Source of the DNA: Chrysomallon squamiferum
Lineage: Eukaryota; Animalia; Mollusca
Direction of reading: 5' to 3'
DNA: 64,000 bases
NCBI GenBank assembly: GCA_012295275.1
Contig: CM022677.1
Span: forward strand, 24,304,001-24,368,000
Each line of letters opens with the position of its first letter. Position 1 is the stretch's first letter. A program made the position numbers and the translations under genes. Shown here piece after piece: positions 46,123-60,343 of this stretch. Below the pieces are notes generated by a model, which worked only from the letters and a program-made list of their open reading frames with translations, made no database searches and was not told the DNA's origin.

Positions 46123-48329
46123 TGAAACTACTAAATTGAGGTTGAATAAAAAAAATATTTAATATAGTTGCTTAAAAAAAAGTTTCTATCAAGCACAGAA
46201 TTATATGACCAAGCCAAAACATAACTAAATAATTTTCAATAAAAACTGAAGTTAAGTGTTATCTGTTCGTGTTTCAAACTGGTCCAGTTCTATCACTGAA
46301 GTTCAATTAGAAAGCATGAACGTCTATTAATGGTTGTTGAGAAATAACAGAGTTAGTTATTGGTTATGTTGTGAAGTAACATATTTTTATGCTTTGCAAC
46401 ACTTTGCAATTTTAAGCTTTTGAAACAAACCCACTTGGTATTGGACCCCAATTAGAGAAACGAGAAATAAAATAATTTGCAATTGGTTGTTAACACATCT
46501 GTGATTAGAAAATGCAAAATAAAACAATTTCCTCCTGGACAAGACTAAAAGAATGTACAGACTGTTTGTCCAGATATCTCTATATTACTATTAAAAAAAG
46601 AATAAATGCGTTCTATTGGCATATATAATAAATATATGACTGAAGAAGCATTCACCAAACAATGTAAACTTATACATGTTGGCCAAAGAGTGCCTGTACA
46701 GCTCTAGTCATGCATGTTGTACATTTGATAAATCTTGTTTCATCTGGATAATAAAATACATTTATTACTATGTATTATTCTGTTGTAGCCAAAACTTGAA
46801 ATATAAACTAAAACTCATATTTTTAATTATTAATTTTTAATTTTTTACCAGTGACTGAATAAAATGTAAAATTATTTATATTTCTCCAATCACTTTTGGC
46901 TTAAAATATATATATATATATTAAACAGTACATTTAACTTGTTTGTATATATGAAATTTGAATATGCTAGTTGATGTCAAAGATTTTGTATGTTCAGCAT
47001 AATTATAAACTTGTGAGGAAAATAAGCTTTATCTATTTGAAATGTATATAAATGTTATGTACATCACATTCATCACAGGTATGTATGTATATCACATTCA
47101 TGCATATTTAATAAAGATATCTGTAAATAAATGTATATAATTGAATTATTTATTCAAGATGAAACTTAGTCTCCAGATTTTGTCTCTCACACACACACAA
47201 TGTCAGCTCTGACATTTACTTCGAGTTCCCCCACCACAATGCATTTTATTACAGTATATTTTATCTCTGTATAGCAAGCACCTGTATAAAAAAAACATTT
47301 GTCTGGTTGTCATAGACAGGTTTATCTTTATACTGTTCTTGTATATAAAAAATAAAATGTGCATTTTCTGTGCTATTGCAGAAGAGTGTATATATGGAAT
47401 TATATTTTGAGATGTTGGACAAAGATTAGCGAGAAAGAATTATATAGTTTTTACTGTACATAATTATATTGTTGATTGTTGAATAAATATTTGTATCAAA
47501 AATTTTAGACTTTATCTTTTGTATGAATATAAGAGACTGATACACTGCATTTCTGATATTACTCTGCTATTATTAATAATAAAAAAGATAATAGTATGGT
47601 ATAAATTTATTTATTAATTTATTTATCGTTTTTTTTTTTTTTTTTTTTTTTGACAGGTCAGAATAACAAAGATTATTTCATTTATTGAATAGTATTAAAC
47701 ATTATAAAAAAAATATATATATTATATTTATTTTCTTGAGCAATGAAAATATATAAACACAAACACAGACGTTATTCTGATTTTATTCTTAGCCATTTCG
47801 CCTAAATGAGCGAAAAAGAAATGACCTTTAAAATGGTACGATGATGTTTATGACTGGTCAGTTATTGTAAAAGTTATGATTTTTTTTTTATTAGCACAAA
47901 TGTAGGCTTTAGGGAAAAATGTGCACATATTGAGGTAGACTCACTGTTAAAGCAATCATAACTTTCTAAGAAAGGAAACAATGTAACCGAACGAAAATAA
48001 TTGAAAACTTGCTTCAGGTAACATTCCTAAAACATTGCAAAAAAATGGGTCAAAATATAGGAAACCGCGCAAACGCATACATACAACAAACATTTAATGT
48101 CCTGGGGCCATGTTCCCGAAGATGTCGGTCATTAGATCATGAGGATGTCGAAAATGGCGCTAACGACGTCATAACCAATGAATTAACCAGAAGTGTCGTT
48201 TACTTGTCGTTACGATGTCGTTCGAAGTCTACCGTAATAAATGCAATTACTGTGCAAACAATATCTGTTTTGTGCTTCAGTTTGAAATAAGTAGCTGAAG
48301 TCATTTACGAAGTAACAGATTTAGCACAC

Positions 48330-48700
48330 GAAGATGCACACAAACAACAACGAAAATTTAACACACAAGAACTGGCAGCATTAGTAGATAGTCTCAGTGA
48401 CCATCAACAAACCATTTATCACAAGTTCAGTGTCTGCAAAACCAACTAACAGAAAAAAGACACGTGGATAACAATTACCGACAGTGTTGATGTTGCATCA
48501 ACAGAAAGGCTCAGCGTTGAAAAAATTCGGCGCAAATGGTGTGACTGATCCTCTGTGGTGAAGAACAAAGAACAAAGGCGAGGAACAGTCCAAATAAAAC
48601 TGGAGACGGCGGTGGTATTGTCACAACGACACCAGCAGAAGAAGTTGTAGCCTTCATTTGGAAGACCGCCGTACAGGCAATAACTATTGTAATCGACAGT
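48330..48700 (+). pseudogene. Harbinger Myb/SANT-like DNA-binding protein remnant
   Basis: RKFNTQELAALVDSLSDHQQTIYHKFSVCKTN*QKKDTWITITDSVDVASTERLSVEKIRRKWCD*SSVVKNK, then (frameshifted) KTGDGG...TPAEEVV; fits the F..E...L / K...W..I / I+.KW.D pattern; stops at 48447 and 48546. Confidence 0.82.
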
Positions 48701-48899
48701 TTCGCTGCAAATTCGGGAGGAATGTCGTAATTTACACTTGCGATATATGGCAGTATAATGCACGTATGGAGATGAAATATATGGAGAAGATACACCTGAA
48801 GAACTCTCTTGCATTAGAGTGATGGTGGGGCGGATCCAGCTTTTCTGATGAGGTGGGACCATGACAAAAAGGGCACGATAACATTATGAAAAGGCACTG

Positions 48900-49645
48900 T
48901 TGAAAGCAAGTTCAACATCATCGTTTAGTTCGTCATCGCTTTCAGAGTAACCGTCACCAATATCTGGGCAAGGAATATTTCTTCTTTTTTTTTTTGCAAG
49001 TTTTCTCCAATACAGCAGTAGCGCAATAATTCATAAACATCAGTCAGGAACAAACATAATACCACTACCCGATTTTATAACGGCACCCCTAATGAAAGAG
49101 CTTTCACAAAAACAGCATCGCGTAATCTGTTGCAAGGCTTTCTCTCGCCAAGTAGTCGGGTTTGAGATTAGATTCATCAACCATGGCCTTAGTGGGTATC
49201 CAGAATTCCCCAATAACCACCCATCCTTGATCTGGCCATTTTCAAACTCCATTGCAAGATTTCTCCATAACAGTGGATCATGCATGGTACGGGGCCATTT
49301 TGCAACTGTATATAAAAACGCGTTGATTGCATGGTACCTTTTATGACAAACATACACATGCTTATCAGTTCAGTGGCCTTTAATAGGGATCAAAGTTCCG
49401 TTAACTGCCAAAATGCAGAATTCCCTTTTAACAGCTTGTATTTTTTTTCACGAGGAAATTTGATATGAAACTTCATCAGGTTGTTTACTATGGAGCGGTC
49501 AACATTGTGTACACATCATGACACTGAAAAACGTCTTAAACCGTTTATATTACCCTTCACGGCTTGGAAACTTTCTGTGGCAAAATATCGAAGTGGAACT
49601 ATCACTTGCAGTGAAACTGGCAACGCCCCATTTCTGCGTGTTACT
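48900..49645 (-). pseudogene. HARBI1-like (DDE_Tnp_4) transposase remnant
   Basis: Fragments RRNGALPVSLQVIVPLRYFATESFQA (49645-49561), LAVNGTLIPIKRP, YVCHKRYHAINA, AKWPRTMHD, FENGQIKDGWLLGNSGYPLRPWLMNLISNPTT; correspond to family motifs ALRYFATGSFQ, GAIDGTHI, RKGYHSIN, WPGSxHD, LLGDSGYPLxPWL; interrupted by deletions and frameshifts. Confidence 0.9.
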
Positions 49646-50224
49646 AACTATTTTTAAGTAAGTGAAATGATTTTATTATGGAAAATTAAAAAAAAAGGAC
49701 AAACAACAACACTCTTGAACAGGGGTAGGCCCTAACTGCGGAAAATACTATTTTGTAACTATTATAACTCTCCGTTAAAAAAGGCACCTGACATGAAATT
49801 TCACATGCATTAAGAAAAATACCTTAACTAAAGTACATGAACTTTTAAAAAAAAAAAAAATAATAAAAAATAATAATAATAAAAAAAATTAAAAAAAAAA
49901 AAAAAAAAATAATAATAATAATAATAAAATAAATAAATAAATAAATAAATAAATAAAAATAATAAAAAAAAAAAAATTAATCATTTTCGTAAATTGATCG
50001 TCTGGATTTTGAAACACCTCTTTCTCGCTCTGTTTTTCTCTAGAAAATTCTGCTCAGATGAAAACAAAACTAGTTGGAAAAATATTCGGCAATGTGCTCT
50101 CTTTATGCGTTTCTAAAACTTCGGCCAGTTAGTGCAACGCAAAAATAGTCACAGATGCGCAAGGCAGAAAAAAAATTGCTTACAGTTTTCAAACGATATT
50201 GATCAGACGGCAGGGCCTCATTCT

Positions 50225-50271
<47 letters not shown>

Positions 50272-50519
50272 GATTATTTCTGTATTTGCTATTTATATTT
50301 CAAGACCTAGGTATGTATGTATGTATATATACAGATTTACACTGTAATAAAATGTGAAGAAAATGAAAACAAATGAATAATATCAATCACAAAAATAACA
50401 ACAGCTTAATAATAAATATATAAAAATAATAATAAAATAAAAAATTAAAACAATAAAACACAACAGTAACTTCCTACCGTAATGTCCCTTCGTTAAAAAT
50501 ATTATTTCTAAAGCACAAC

Positions 50520-50615
50520 GCATTAACAATCAGTTGAACAAAATAGCACAAGGCATTTCGTTCAGTTGATAGTTGGCGTCTGCAAACGTTCTGACGTCAC
50601 ACAATAAGGTTAGTT
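50520..50615 (+). promoter_or_regulatory. Candidate SMAD2/3 promoter or non-coding first exon
   Basis: CpG-containing patch with a CRE (TGACGTCA 50592-50599), GGCGTCTG, and a donor-like AAG|GTTAGT at 50608/50609; the ATG exon starts at an acceptor (55034), so an upstream exon is expected. Confidence 0.35.
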
Positions 50616-51212
50616 CGTTAAGCTAAATTTGTACTGACAGAGCTAAGTTTGATTCGTTTTTTATTTTCGTACACAATTACATACGATAAGATTTAAAATA
50701 GATTTGTTTTATTTTATTATTATTATTATTAAATAGAAATGTTCATAGCCTGTTATATAAATTATTCTTACAAGTAAAATTACTGATAAAGAAAAAAGGA
50801 TGACTGTTGTTATCGTTTGTTGAGAGAACTTTCCGTTTACTTGGATAAAAAAAATATATTACTTCGTTATACATTACCAGACTTTTAAAACAATAAAACC
50901 GATGTTTGTTTTTTGTTGTTGAGGTTGTTGTTTTTTTTATTTTGTTTTTGTTATTTTTTTTTTTTTTGTTGTTTTTTTAATAAAATACACAGTCAATTAC
51001 GCAAATTTATTAAAACCATGGACTAAAATGTTCAATAGCTACAACTGATGTTTTAAATAAGAATAAGAATGCAGGAACTTCATGTGTATTTTTGTTTTGT
51101 ATTTTAAATGCATTCATTGAATTATGATGTTATCAAAATTAATGATCATTTGTTACAGAATGTAATTTTCAATAATAATAATAATAACAACAACAACAAC
51201 AACAACAACAAC

Positions 51213-51253
<41 letters not shown>

Positions 51254-51461
51254 GCATATAAAGATTAATAAATAATTAATAAAAATAGTGAAGGTAACGA
51301 TTAAACAAATACACTATTAACTATAAAAGAAAACATTAGAAATACTACTACTACTACTACTACTACTACTACAAATAATAATAATAATAATAATAATAAT
51401 TAAAAAAAATAAAAAAATAAACCGCCAAAAAAATCCCCCAAAGATACAACAACAACAAAAC

Positions 51462-51514
<53 letters not shown>

Positions 51515-52885
51515 CCCAGTCATGGGCAAATTACGGCTTTCTGAATAGCACGCCTATTTTCACGATGAAAATAACGTTTATGCGAAACAATATATAAATG
51601 TTTATAATTCGAAATTAAAAATTTTTCAGTGTTTGTCTATTCATGGTATATAATTATACATACACACACTGATCACAGTGAAACACACACCCACAGACAA
51701 CACAGTTAAATATATAGGTGTATGAAAACACAGCAGCAGTCATATTCGCAGATAAATATACATCTGCGTATGTTTGCAAAAGTTCATGCGTTCGTGAAGT
51801 GTGAAAACAAATTAAAAAAAAAAAAAAGTAGAGATTAAACAGAACGGATAATCTGTATATGTGCATCCCCGAAAAAAAAAAATAAGTAACTGTTTTCATA
51901 GAGTTTAAAGAGTAAAAATTGATTAAATAAAGATTTTAATTTTTTTTTTTTTTATCTATTTAATTTTTAATATTTTAACGATATAACTGAATGAAATACG
52001 TTTAAAATAAACAGAAAAAAATACTTCAAAAATTTGAAAATTCCTTTATTTACATCACGGGTAATTACTTTCAGATGAACAAACGTAGCGTTCTTTGTTG
52101 TCGGTGCTCTCACTAAGATGGAAGAATTATCCAAACAATTAACCAATGGCTTCCAATTGGTAACGATGTAAAAATATTCTTTTAAATGTGAAATCCTAAG
52201 TTTAACAACACCCACACAACAAAGAGGATTTAGCAGTCACAAGGATATTAACTTCCAGAAGTCTCCTAACAAAAAATCGGTGCATTTTGCACTGGGGATA
52301 ATCGTTTAGTGTAAGTGTGAATACACAGGTTAAAGACCTACATAACTAGGACAAAAATTAAACTCGTTATTAAATCGGTCATACCATTCATTCTGTTATT
52401 TAAGTTTTTATTTGTTTATTTTTGTCTTCTAATTTTATTTTTATTTTTTAATAATATAGCTCTGTGTTATGGCTTATAAGAGAACATGTATACAAACTGC
52501 ATTTAATCAGAGCTTGATGTTAAGAGAAACTTTAAATTAGTAATGTTTTGTTATTTAGTTCTTTAGAAATTAGACAGATCTGTTTACTTGCTGGTTCCTA
52601 TCAGAACAACCAACATATTTTTTTTTTTTTAAATATATATTATGTTTTTAACAATGAATTTAAAAAAGGACAGACTTTCACAGATGTAAACAATACTTAT
52701 AATATATATATAGCATCCATTAATCATTTTCATTTCATAAGCCATATTGGACAGTTTATATTTAGTTTAAAAGAAAACAAATCAGCTAATTTTGTGAAAC
52801 AAAATATTCACAATGTAAAATAAATGATCTAGTAGTCAGAAAATAATTATATTACAAACTATTTTCAATTTAAGAAATAATAATG

Positions 52886-52921
<36 letters not shown>

Positions 52922-53139
52922 TATAGAGTACATTGCCTCTAGTGTAACTTCTAATTAATGCTTTATTTAGTCCACCATGCTAATATTTGAGGAATTTAAA
53001 CAAAAGATGCTAACACAGATTAAATAAAAGGGCACATCCTAAATTTCTGACAGTTCAGATGAAAATACATCACAACAGTTTATATCCAAATTGTAGTGAC
53101 TAAAACTTGTTCAGTAACTGAAACATTTTCTGACAACCA

Positions 53140-53640
53140 TTAGTTAAAAATTACATGATCTAAGACACAAACATTTTTATATCTTTGACCATATTAAGAA
53201 AAATATTATATATGAAACTATTTAGATCAAATAACAATGTTTATTAAGAAATTTTATACATTGAAGCTATTATAATCAAATAAACAACTCTATATTTTTG
53301 CTCATATTAAAAATATTATAGGTGAAAGTATTTAAATGAGATAATTTTATATTTTTGTTTATATTAAGAAAAAGTTTATGAATGAAACCATTTAAAACAT
53401 ATACATTTTTTTTTAATATTTTTGCTCTTATTAAGAAATCTTTTTATACTTGAAGCTATTAAAATCAAATACGTAATTTTATATGTTTGATCATATTACT
53501 ACAGCTGTTATATTTGAAACTATTTAAAAGAAATAAAAATGTTAATGCTTTTTTTCCCCTTATTAAGAAAACTTATATACATGAAACTAAATCAAATAAA
53601 GATGTTTTAATGTTTGTTGATCAAAAGGTTTATATGTGTC
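53140..53640. repeat. Degenerate ~60-bp AT-rich tandem repeat
   Basis: Recurring TTTTATAT.TTTG..CATATTAAGAAA...ATATGAAACTATTTA.ATCAAATA units. Confidence 0.7.
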
Positions 53641-55045
53641 TTATTATGTTTTCAACAATTTTTTAAAAAAAAATTATAGAAGTTTTCTGCTGTTTATCAG
53701 CTATTCATTTTTATCTCTGTTCATTATTCTTCAATTTGTTTGTTTAAAATCTTTATTTAGTTCTTTCATAAGACTGACATAGCTTGAGAAATTATTCAAG
53801 ATGTCAACAAGACCCCTGAACTTTTGTATATGATGTTACCCATAGGTTCAATGCAGTAAGCATATGGAAAAATCCCAGCTACAAATCTCGAAATTTTGAA
53901 AAAGAAAATAAAAATCAAGATTTTTATTATTTCACCTTTTTTTTTTTCATTTGAAAATAAAGGTTATTGAACTTAGGTCTGATCAGAATTAATGACCATT
54001 CTGTCAAAAATAATGAACTTTTTTTGAGAACCAAATTGAAAAAACAAATTTTTTTTTTTTTTAAAAGCAGTTGTTGACAAATTCTCTTGATTATCTCCCT
54101 TTATGAAGTAAAAAGAAGAAAAAAAGTCACTACCAGAAAGTTATAGGTCAACACACACACACACACACATGCACACACACACACATGATACAAAATTAAC
54201 AATGGATTCAAGAGAAACAAAAATTCTCAGAATGAAAAAAGAACTTTTTTTATTATTTTTTTTTTTATGTATTTCTTCATACAAATGTACCCATATTGAG
54301 AAAACATGTTTAAAATTTCAAATGAATAATGTAAACCAAAGAATAAATTTATATTTTCACAAAAACAAAACTTTTAAAGCTGGTCTCATATTTGGATTTA
54401 CTCACCTGTTTTGAACATTTTAATGATCAAATATTTTGAAACTGCACAAATTAAAATAGATTTAATAACATTTTTCTAAATATATTCATTTGATATAATT
54501 ATCATATTGTCCCTGAAACTATATTTAAACATAACAAAATGAGTGTGTCAAAACAAACTATGTCTACAGATAACTGAAGTAATTAAATATAGTTAATAAA
54601 CATAAAGGTCAGTCACACAATATTTATCACAATATGTTGAAAACATTACAGAAAGACGTTTGGTCAATATTTATAGCTTTTCGACTTTGGTTATGTTTAT
54701 TTTACTTCAGCAGAGCTTTGATGTTAGCAACACACATTTTCTTATTCTTTAATACTTATAAAGAGTAAGGAAAGCAATTCTCTCATTTTTACACTGTTAT
54801 GGGGATAATATTTTTTTATCTAATTAATTATTATAATTTTTATTTACTTATTTATTTATTTATTTATTTATTTTATAATTTTTATTTATTTATTTATTTA
54901 TTTTTGCAGTGGAATGGAAGACAACTCAGTTACCAATATCAATTCATGTTTAAATTTGTGTGTGGGGAGGGGATAAGACAGAGAGGTGGGGTAATTCCTT
55001 GTCGATTACATTATTTTTTATTTCTGTTTTACAGGTATGCATTAA

Positions 55046-55252
<207 letters not shown>

Positions 55253-55964
55253 TAGGTTCATTCAATAGTGATTGATTAGAGTTCAGATTTAACAGTCAGT
55301 CAGTCAGTCCTGATTGTCTATACGTATTTATTTATTATGGCAAAGTATTTTACAAAGCAGCTTTTTCCATATAACAAAATACATTCAAGGATGCTTTACA
55401 GTGTAAACTAATAAACTTAAGATATAAAAAAGTCATGGACATGCAATTATTAAGATAATTATAAACATAATGGTGAACATATTTAAAAAAATTGTCTCAC
55501 TTGTTGTTGGCTACCCTTGACAAAACTAATGACAGACCATTGGACAGGTTTTAAAATTATTTTCTTTTTGTTGTACGCACAGTAAGGGTTCGGTATTTGA
55601 TAATGTTGATATTTTCTTGAATTAAATCTCTGATTATTTATTTAGAGTTTAGATTACAGGTTATAAAAGAGTCACTGAATAAAAAGAGACAGCAAAATAT
55701 CAGGTTAATAGTTTGTAACTTTAAAAAAAATATTTATGTTTTTATTTGGGCTGTATACTATATAAATACATTATATGGACTTTGAATGAATGCTCAATTT
55801 TCCATACACAAAAATAACTAAGGAAATAAAAAAACTAATCTTCTGTATGACAATGTTAGAAAAAAAAAAAAAAAAAAAACTCCTTTTGGTTGTCCTGTGA
55901 AACTGAAAGCTTGTAATGTACACAGAAATAAACTTTTGTAAAATAACAAGTAATAAAGTTTATA

Positions 55965-56210
55965 CAGGCTGAGTATCCCTCACCTGAAATGCATGGTACT
56001 GGAAATGTTTTAAGCATTTTTCAGTTTCTATAACATAAGTAAATAGCCAGAGAATAGGATGTAAGTCTAAACACAAAAAGAAAACAGGATATAAATCTAA
56101 ATACATAATGAGAATATATTTTTATACATCTTATCAATAAAGATGGTCTAATGATAATTTTATACACCATTTTTAATAAATTTTCAGCGTAAAATAAAAT
56201 TTGTGATTTG
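55965..56210 (+). mobile_element. Truncated Tigger4/Zombi-like pogo DNA transposon relic
   Basis: TA|CAGGCTGAGTATCCCTCACCTGAAATGCATGGTACTGGAAATGTTTT resembles the Tigger4/Zombi terminus as I recall it (CAGGTTGAGTATCCCTTATCCGAAATGCTTGGGACCAGAAGTGTTT), with further matching blocks AAGTCTAAACAC, ATACATAATGAGA, TAATTTTATACA; no right TIR seen. Confidence 0.6.
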
Positions 56211-57284
56211 AAAATATAAGCTACACTATAGAACAGATACTAAATTACTTTTCTAGTCTTGATGAGCAGAATTTTTATTTTTCCAACAGCAAGATACAAA
56301 ATCTACAAAAGTGTTTAAATTGCATGTGACTGTATACATATACACAACAGAAAGAGTGCGGAACACACATTATACAGGCTTCAACTTTTACCATAGCAGT
56401 GACAGCAAGTGTCTAGTTTGCCCTCCATAACCTGCCTTGGTGTCTCAGTATTTATACAGTCATCTCAACAGTAAAACCATGTGACAGCCCTACCAGGGGT
56501 GTGTCTCCATGCCCTTCCCTTAAAACCCATTGGTTCATAGAACATGTCGAGTTAAAAACTATAACAACATAAAATTTCTTGCCGTTTTTCTGTCAATAGA
56601 GTAAATTTTAGATTCATGACATGACATGACATCGTGGATGCAGCCATATTTGCATAATGGAACAAGTTCATGGTGTACAATGTCAGGATTATCTTTGTTC
56701 AATATCTCTACAGCCTTGACCTTTTAACTGGAAATTTCACTGCAAGTCAGAATTTAAAAAAATTCAAATAGCAGAATCTTAAGCAAAGCTGTCAAGTTCT
56801 TGTTTTAGGTCCAGTGATTCAAATAAAATTGGTTTGGAATAGTTACTGGTTATAAAACGGAGTGTGAAGCAACCTTAGTGATTTCTGTGAACACTTGATC
56901 AAAATTAAGTTTCCTTAGTTCCCTAAAATTTCTGATTCATCCCAAATTATTGAGATTATTTATGATATATAAAAAGCCCCAAAAGACTAAGTCAGTTTTT
57001 TTTATAGTTTTTTTAAATTATTATTATTATTATTATTATTATTTTTTTTTTTTTTAACTTACCCCCTGTTGCAACTTAGCTGAGCATGTTTGCATGTATA
57101 ATGTGATGAGAGAGAGAGAGAGAGAGAGAGATGAAATAAGCATGAACAAAATCTGTGTTGAACAATATTATTGTTTTGTTATATTGTTTTTCATTCTTCC
57201 TTACATTTTATTTCAGAGTGATTTTGGGTGAAAATCAACAGTTTAATCACTGAGTTTTATTCTTTTTTAGTTTATTATTTACGT

Positions 57285-57625
57285 GAGTCATTATGCATGA
57301 AATAACACAACAGTTTTATCACCCAGTTTTGTTTTTATGATCATTATTAACATGAAATATGAAATAACAAACATATCTTTTTTCAAACTGGTCTAAAGGC
57401 TGCACAGAAAGAAGGTTTTAAACATCTTACCATCTTTTGTTTGTCAGCCAGTTTCGTTTTTGAGTCATTATTAACATGAAATATGAAATAACAAACATTT
57501 CTTTTTGTCCTTAGGTTTGAGAAAACGGGGGTTTAACCATGACCCCTGTTACCATCATTCTGCCAGCCTGTTTTCTTTTTTATTCATTATTAACATGAAA
57601 TATAAAATAAATTACATTTCTCTTT
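57285..57625. repeat. Degenerate ~120-bp repeat (3-4 copies) with core TCATTATTAACATGAAATATGAAATAAC
   Basis: Core near 57288 (partial), 57341, 57464, 57584. Confidence 0.75.
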
Positions 57626-59839
57626 TTTTTTAAGTTTGATCCTTAGGTTGGCAAAAAAGAAGGACTTAAAACATGGCCAAAAATCCAATCTCTGAATTGT
57701 GATAAACTCTTTTCCTAAACTAAATATTGCAGAACAAAACATATTTGACTTTTTTTAAATTTCCCATTTATACTGAACAAGTAGGCCTAGCTCTAGCAAT
57801 AGTTGAGGGGATAGTGTTATAAATGTGTTATAAATCTGTTATAAAATGACTCTGTGACAAATGAGGGGGGATATAAAACTTTGGATTATTTCTACCCACT
57901 TCAGGACTGGTAACACAATAATGTGACTGTTTCCTGTTTTCCTGTATCAGGGAAATCTTTTTTTTTATTATTATTTCTGTCTACGTAAAACAGTGGCATG
58001 ATAAAATGACAATTAATTTTTTTTTCCTGTATTGGGGAAGGTGCATTGTAAATATGACTTACTGCTAAGGTAATGGTGGCAGCAGATTTTTCACTCTCAC
58101 ACTCAAATGAACTCATACATCCAGGTGTTTGATGTTTATAACCAATCACTGAAAGTGTTCTTTTCAGTTAGCTGAGCTACATAATTGTTTTTGAAAATAA
58201 TATCAGTTCAGAATGAGGTTCAGTGTACTACTACAAAAAATATATCCAATATCATCATCGTAATCATCTCATAATTATTATATTTTAATTTATTTTTATG
58301 TTAACTAAACCTTGTTGTTTGCCTTGATTCTTGGTAGATCAGTTTATGGACTTCAAGATAACGTATCTAAGGGGTGTGGCAGTGGGATGATTGACAGCTT
58401 AATTGACTAAATGGGTGTGACATTTGTGTGCATTATTATGTCTCACTGCTATTTGAATAGTGGTGTAGACAGAGAGCTCAGTGCAGTTAAGTGATATTCT
58501 GTATAACTGTGTTATGTCTATTAATATTTTCATTGTCTAAACATTTTTATTAATATATTTGTTTTACAGATTTGTTTGCTTATGCTGTTTTGCTTTTGAA
58601 TTTTGTGCCATTAAAATTAGTTCTTGTATTTTACATGTATGTATTATTGTATGTATATATGTATGTGTATATATATATTCATTCATCTGTGTTTATCAGT
58701 GACTTCCAAATACAATTTTTTGTAAATGCTAGGGTGTTTAAAACATTTATAAATATTTCATCATTACCTCTTTTAATCTAACATTGGTAAATAATTAATT
58801 ATTAATTATATCGCTAATGAATTTTAGTAAAAGAACCCTCCCCCAAGTAAAAAAAAAAAGAAATACATTATGATGTTGTAGAAGAAAATAGTAATATTTA
58901 AAATTAAAAGAATCAACAATCAGAAACTTTTAAAACTAACAAAAGTTCTGTGACATTCTATCCCAGACAGATAATGATGTAACACCTCTCTTGATTGGTC
59001 TCTTATGTAACACTTTCACTGATTGGTCTGTTACATAACAGCAGCATGTGTTGGTCCAGTTTGACCTCCAGACATCACATGACTGGGGGTGGGGGTCATT
59101 GGATCATCTGCATGCAATTAGGTGATTTAACTGCAGTTTGTAACAAGTTGTTACACAATATTAACAGATAGCTTATACTCATATTGCAGGAGATAATGAT
59201 TATTTTAATTAAAAAACAATATTAATGCAGAAGTGATATACACTTTATAGTTTTTATGATGCACTTCATACTTGTTTATCCTACATCTAATATCTTTATA
59301 ATAATCTTTATTATGTAGTTAATATATCTTTATCATACACGTCATACTCTTCATCATACACTTCATACTTCATTACCTTTACACTTCATACTTTATCAGG
59401 AACTTCGTATTTTTAAACTTAAATGTCATGCTGTTCAAAGAAATATTTAACATAAAATGAGCTTTTATTTTTTTTTTTTCATCACCATGTAACCTGCACT
59501 TCTCTATCCTCTCTACAAACACTTCACAACAAATATTTAATACATATGAGCACTTCAGACATATACAGAAACTGTCAAATATGTATTTTTCAAAGTTCTA
59601 TCAGAAATATATTTCACACTGTTTTTTTTTGTCATATTTTCACCACAAATATACTTTTCATTTTAAACTGAACAAAACCTTTCATATATATAATTATCTA
59701 GTTTTTCATATATATAAGCACTTCAAAAATGTTCAGAACTTGTCATGTTTTGTTTCTCAAGAATACTGTTTTAACACAAATCTATATATATATATACACA
59801 CTTCATATTTATAATTTTACAAAGTTCTTAAATTGTTTT

Positions 59840-60225
59840 TCTTGTTACAAACACTTTGTATTTGTATTAATACAAACACCATTTTCATTATCTACAAACA
59901 TAAGAAAGCACTTCACACATATACAAATACAAACAAGCACTTCATGAATGTACAAACACAACAAAGCATTTCACAAATGTACAAACACAACAAACATTTC
60001 ACCAAACTAGAAACACAACAAGCTCTTCCACAAATATACAAACACAAGCACTTCAAAAAGGTAAAACCAAAAAAAATTAAAAATTAAAAAAAAACAGTTC
60101 ACAAAAGCAGAAAAACAAAAAAAATATATAGTTACAAAAACAACAAACACTTCACAAATGTACAAAACAGCAAGCACTTCGCAAATAAAAAAACCAAAAA
60201 CAATAAGTACTTCACAAGTTTCCAG
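59840..60225. repeat. Degenerate ~28-bp tandem repeat AAGCACTTCACAAATGTACAAACACAAC
   Basis: Visible periodicity within the SMAD intron. Confidence 0.8.
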
Positions 60226-60298
60226 AACCTTTCATGTTATCTTTTCATCACAGACTCTTCATGCTTTTCATCACAAATATCCTTCACAATCGAACTCA

Positions 60299-60343
<45 letters not shown>

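Larger units (their letters stand above)
48101..49650. mobile_element. Decayed PIF/Harbinger DNA transposon (convergent Myb/SANT ORF and DDE transposase remnants)
   Basis: The two-ORF arrangement is diagnostic of Harbinger. The left boundary near CTGGGGCCATGTTCC (48102) is a guess and no matching right TIR was found. Confidence 0.85.

Noticed and set aside
48446-48862. 138-aa and 94-aa minus-strand ORFs
   Set aside because: Antisense shadows of the Harbinger Myb remnant; no recognisable domain.
48826-48900. GGGGCGGATCCAG motif resembling a MITE terminus nested in the Harbinger relic
   Set aside because: No partner inverted end or target duplication found.
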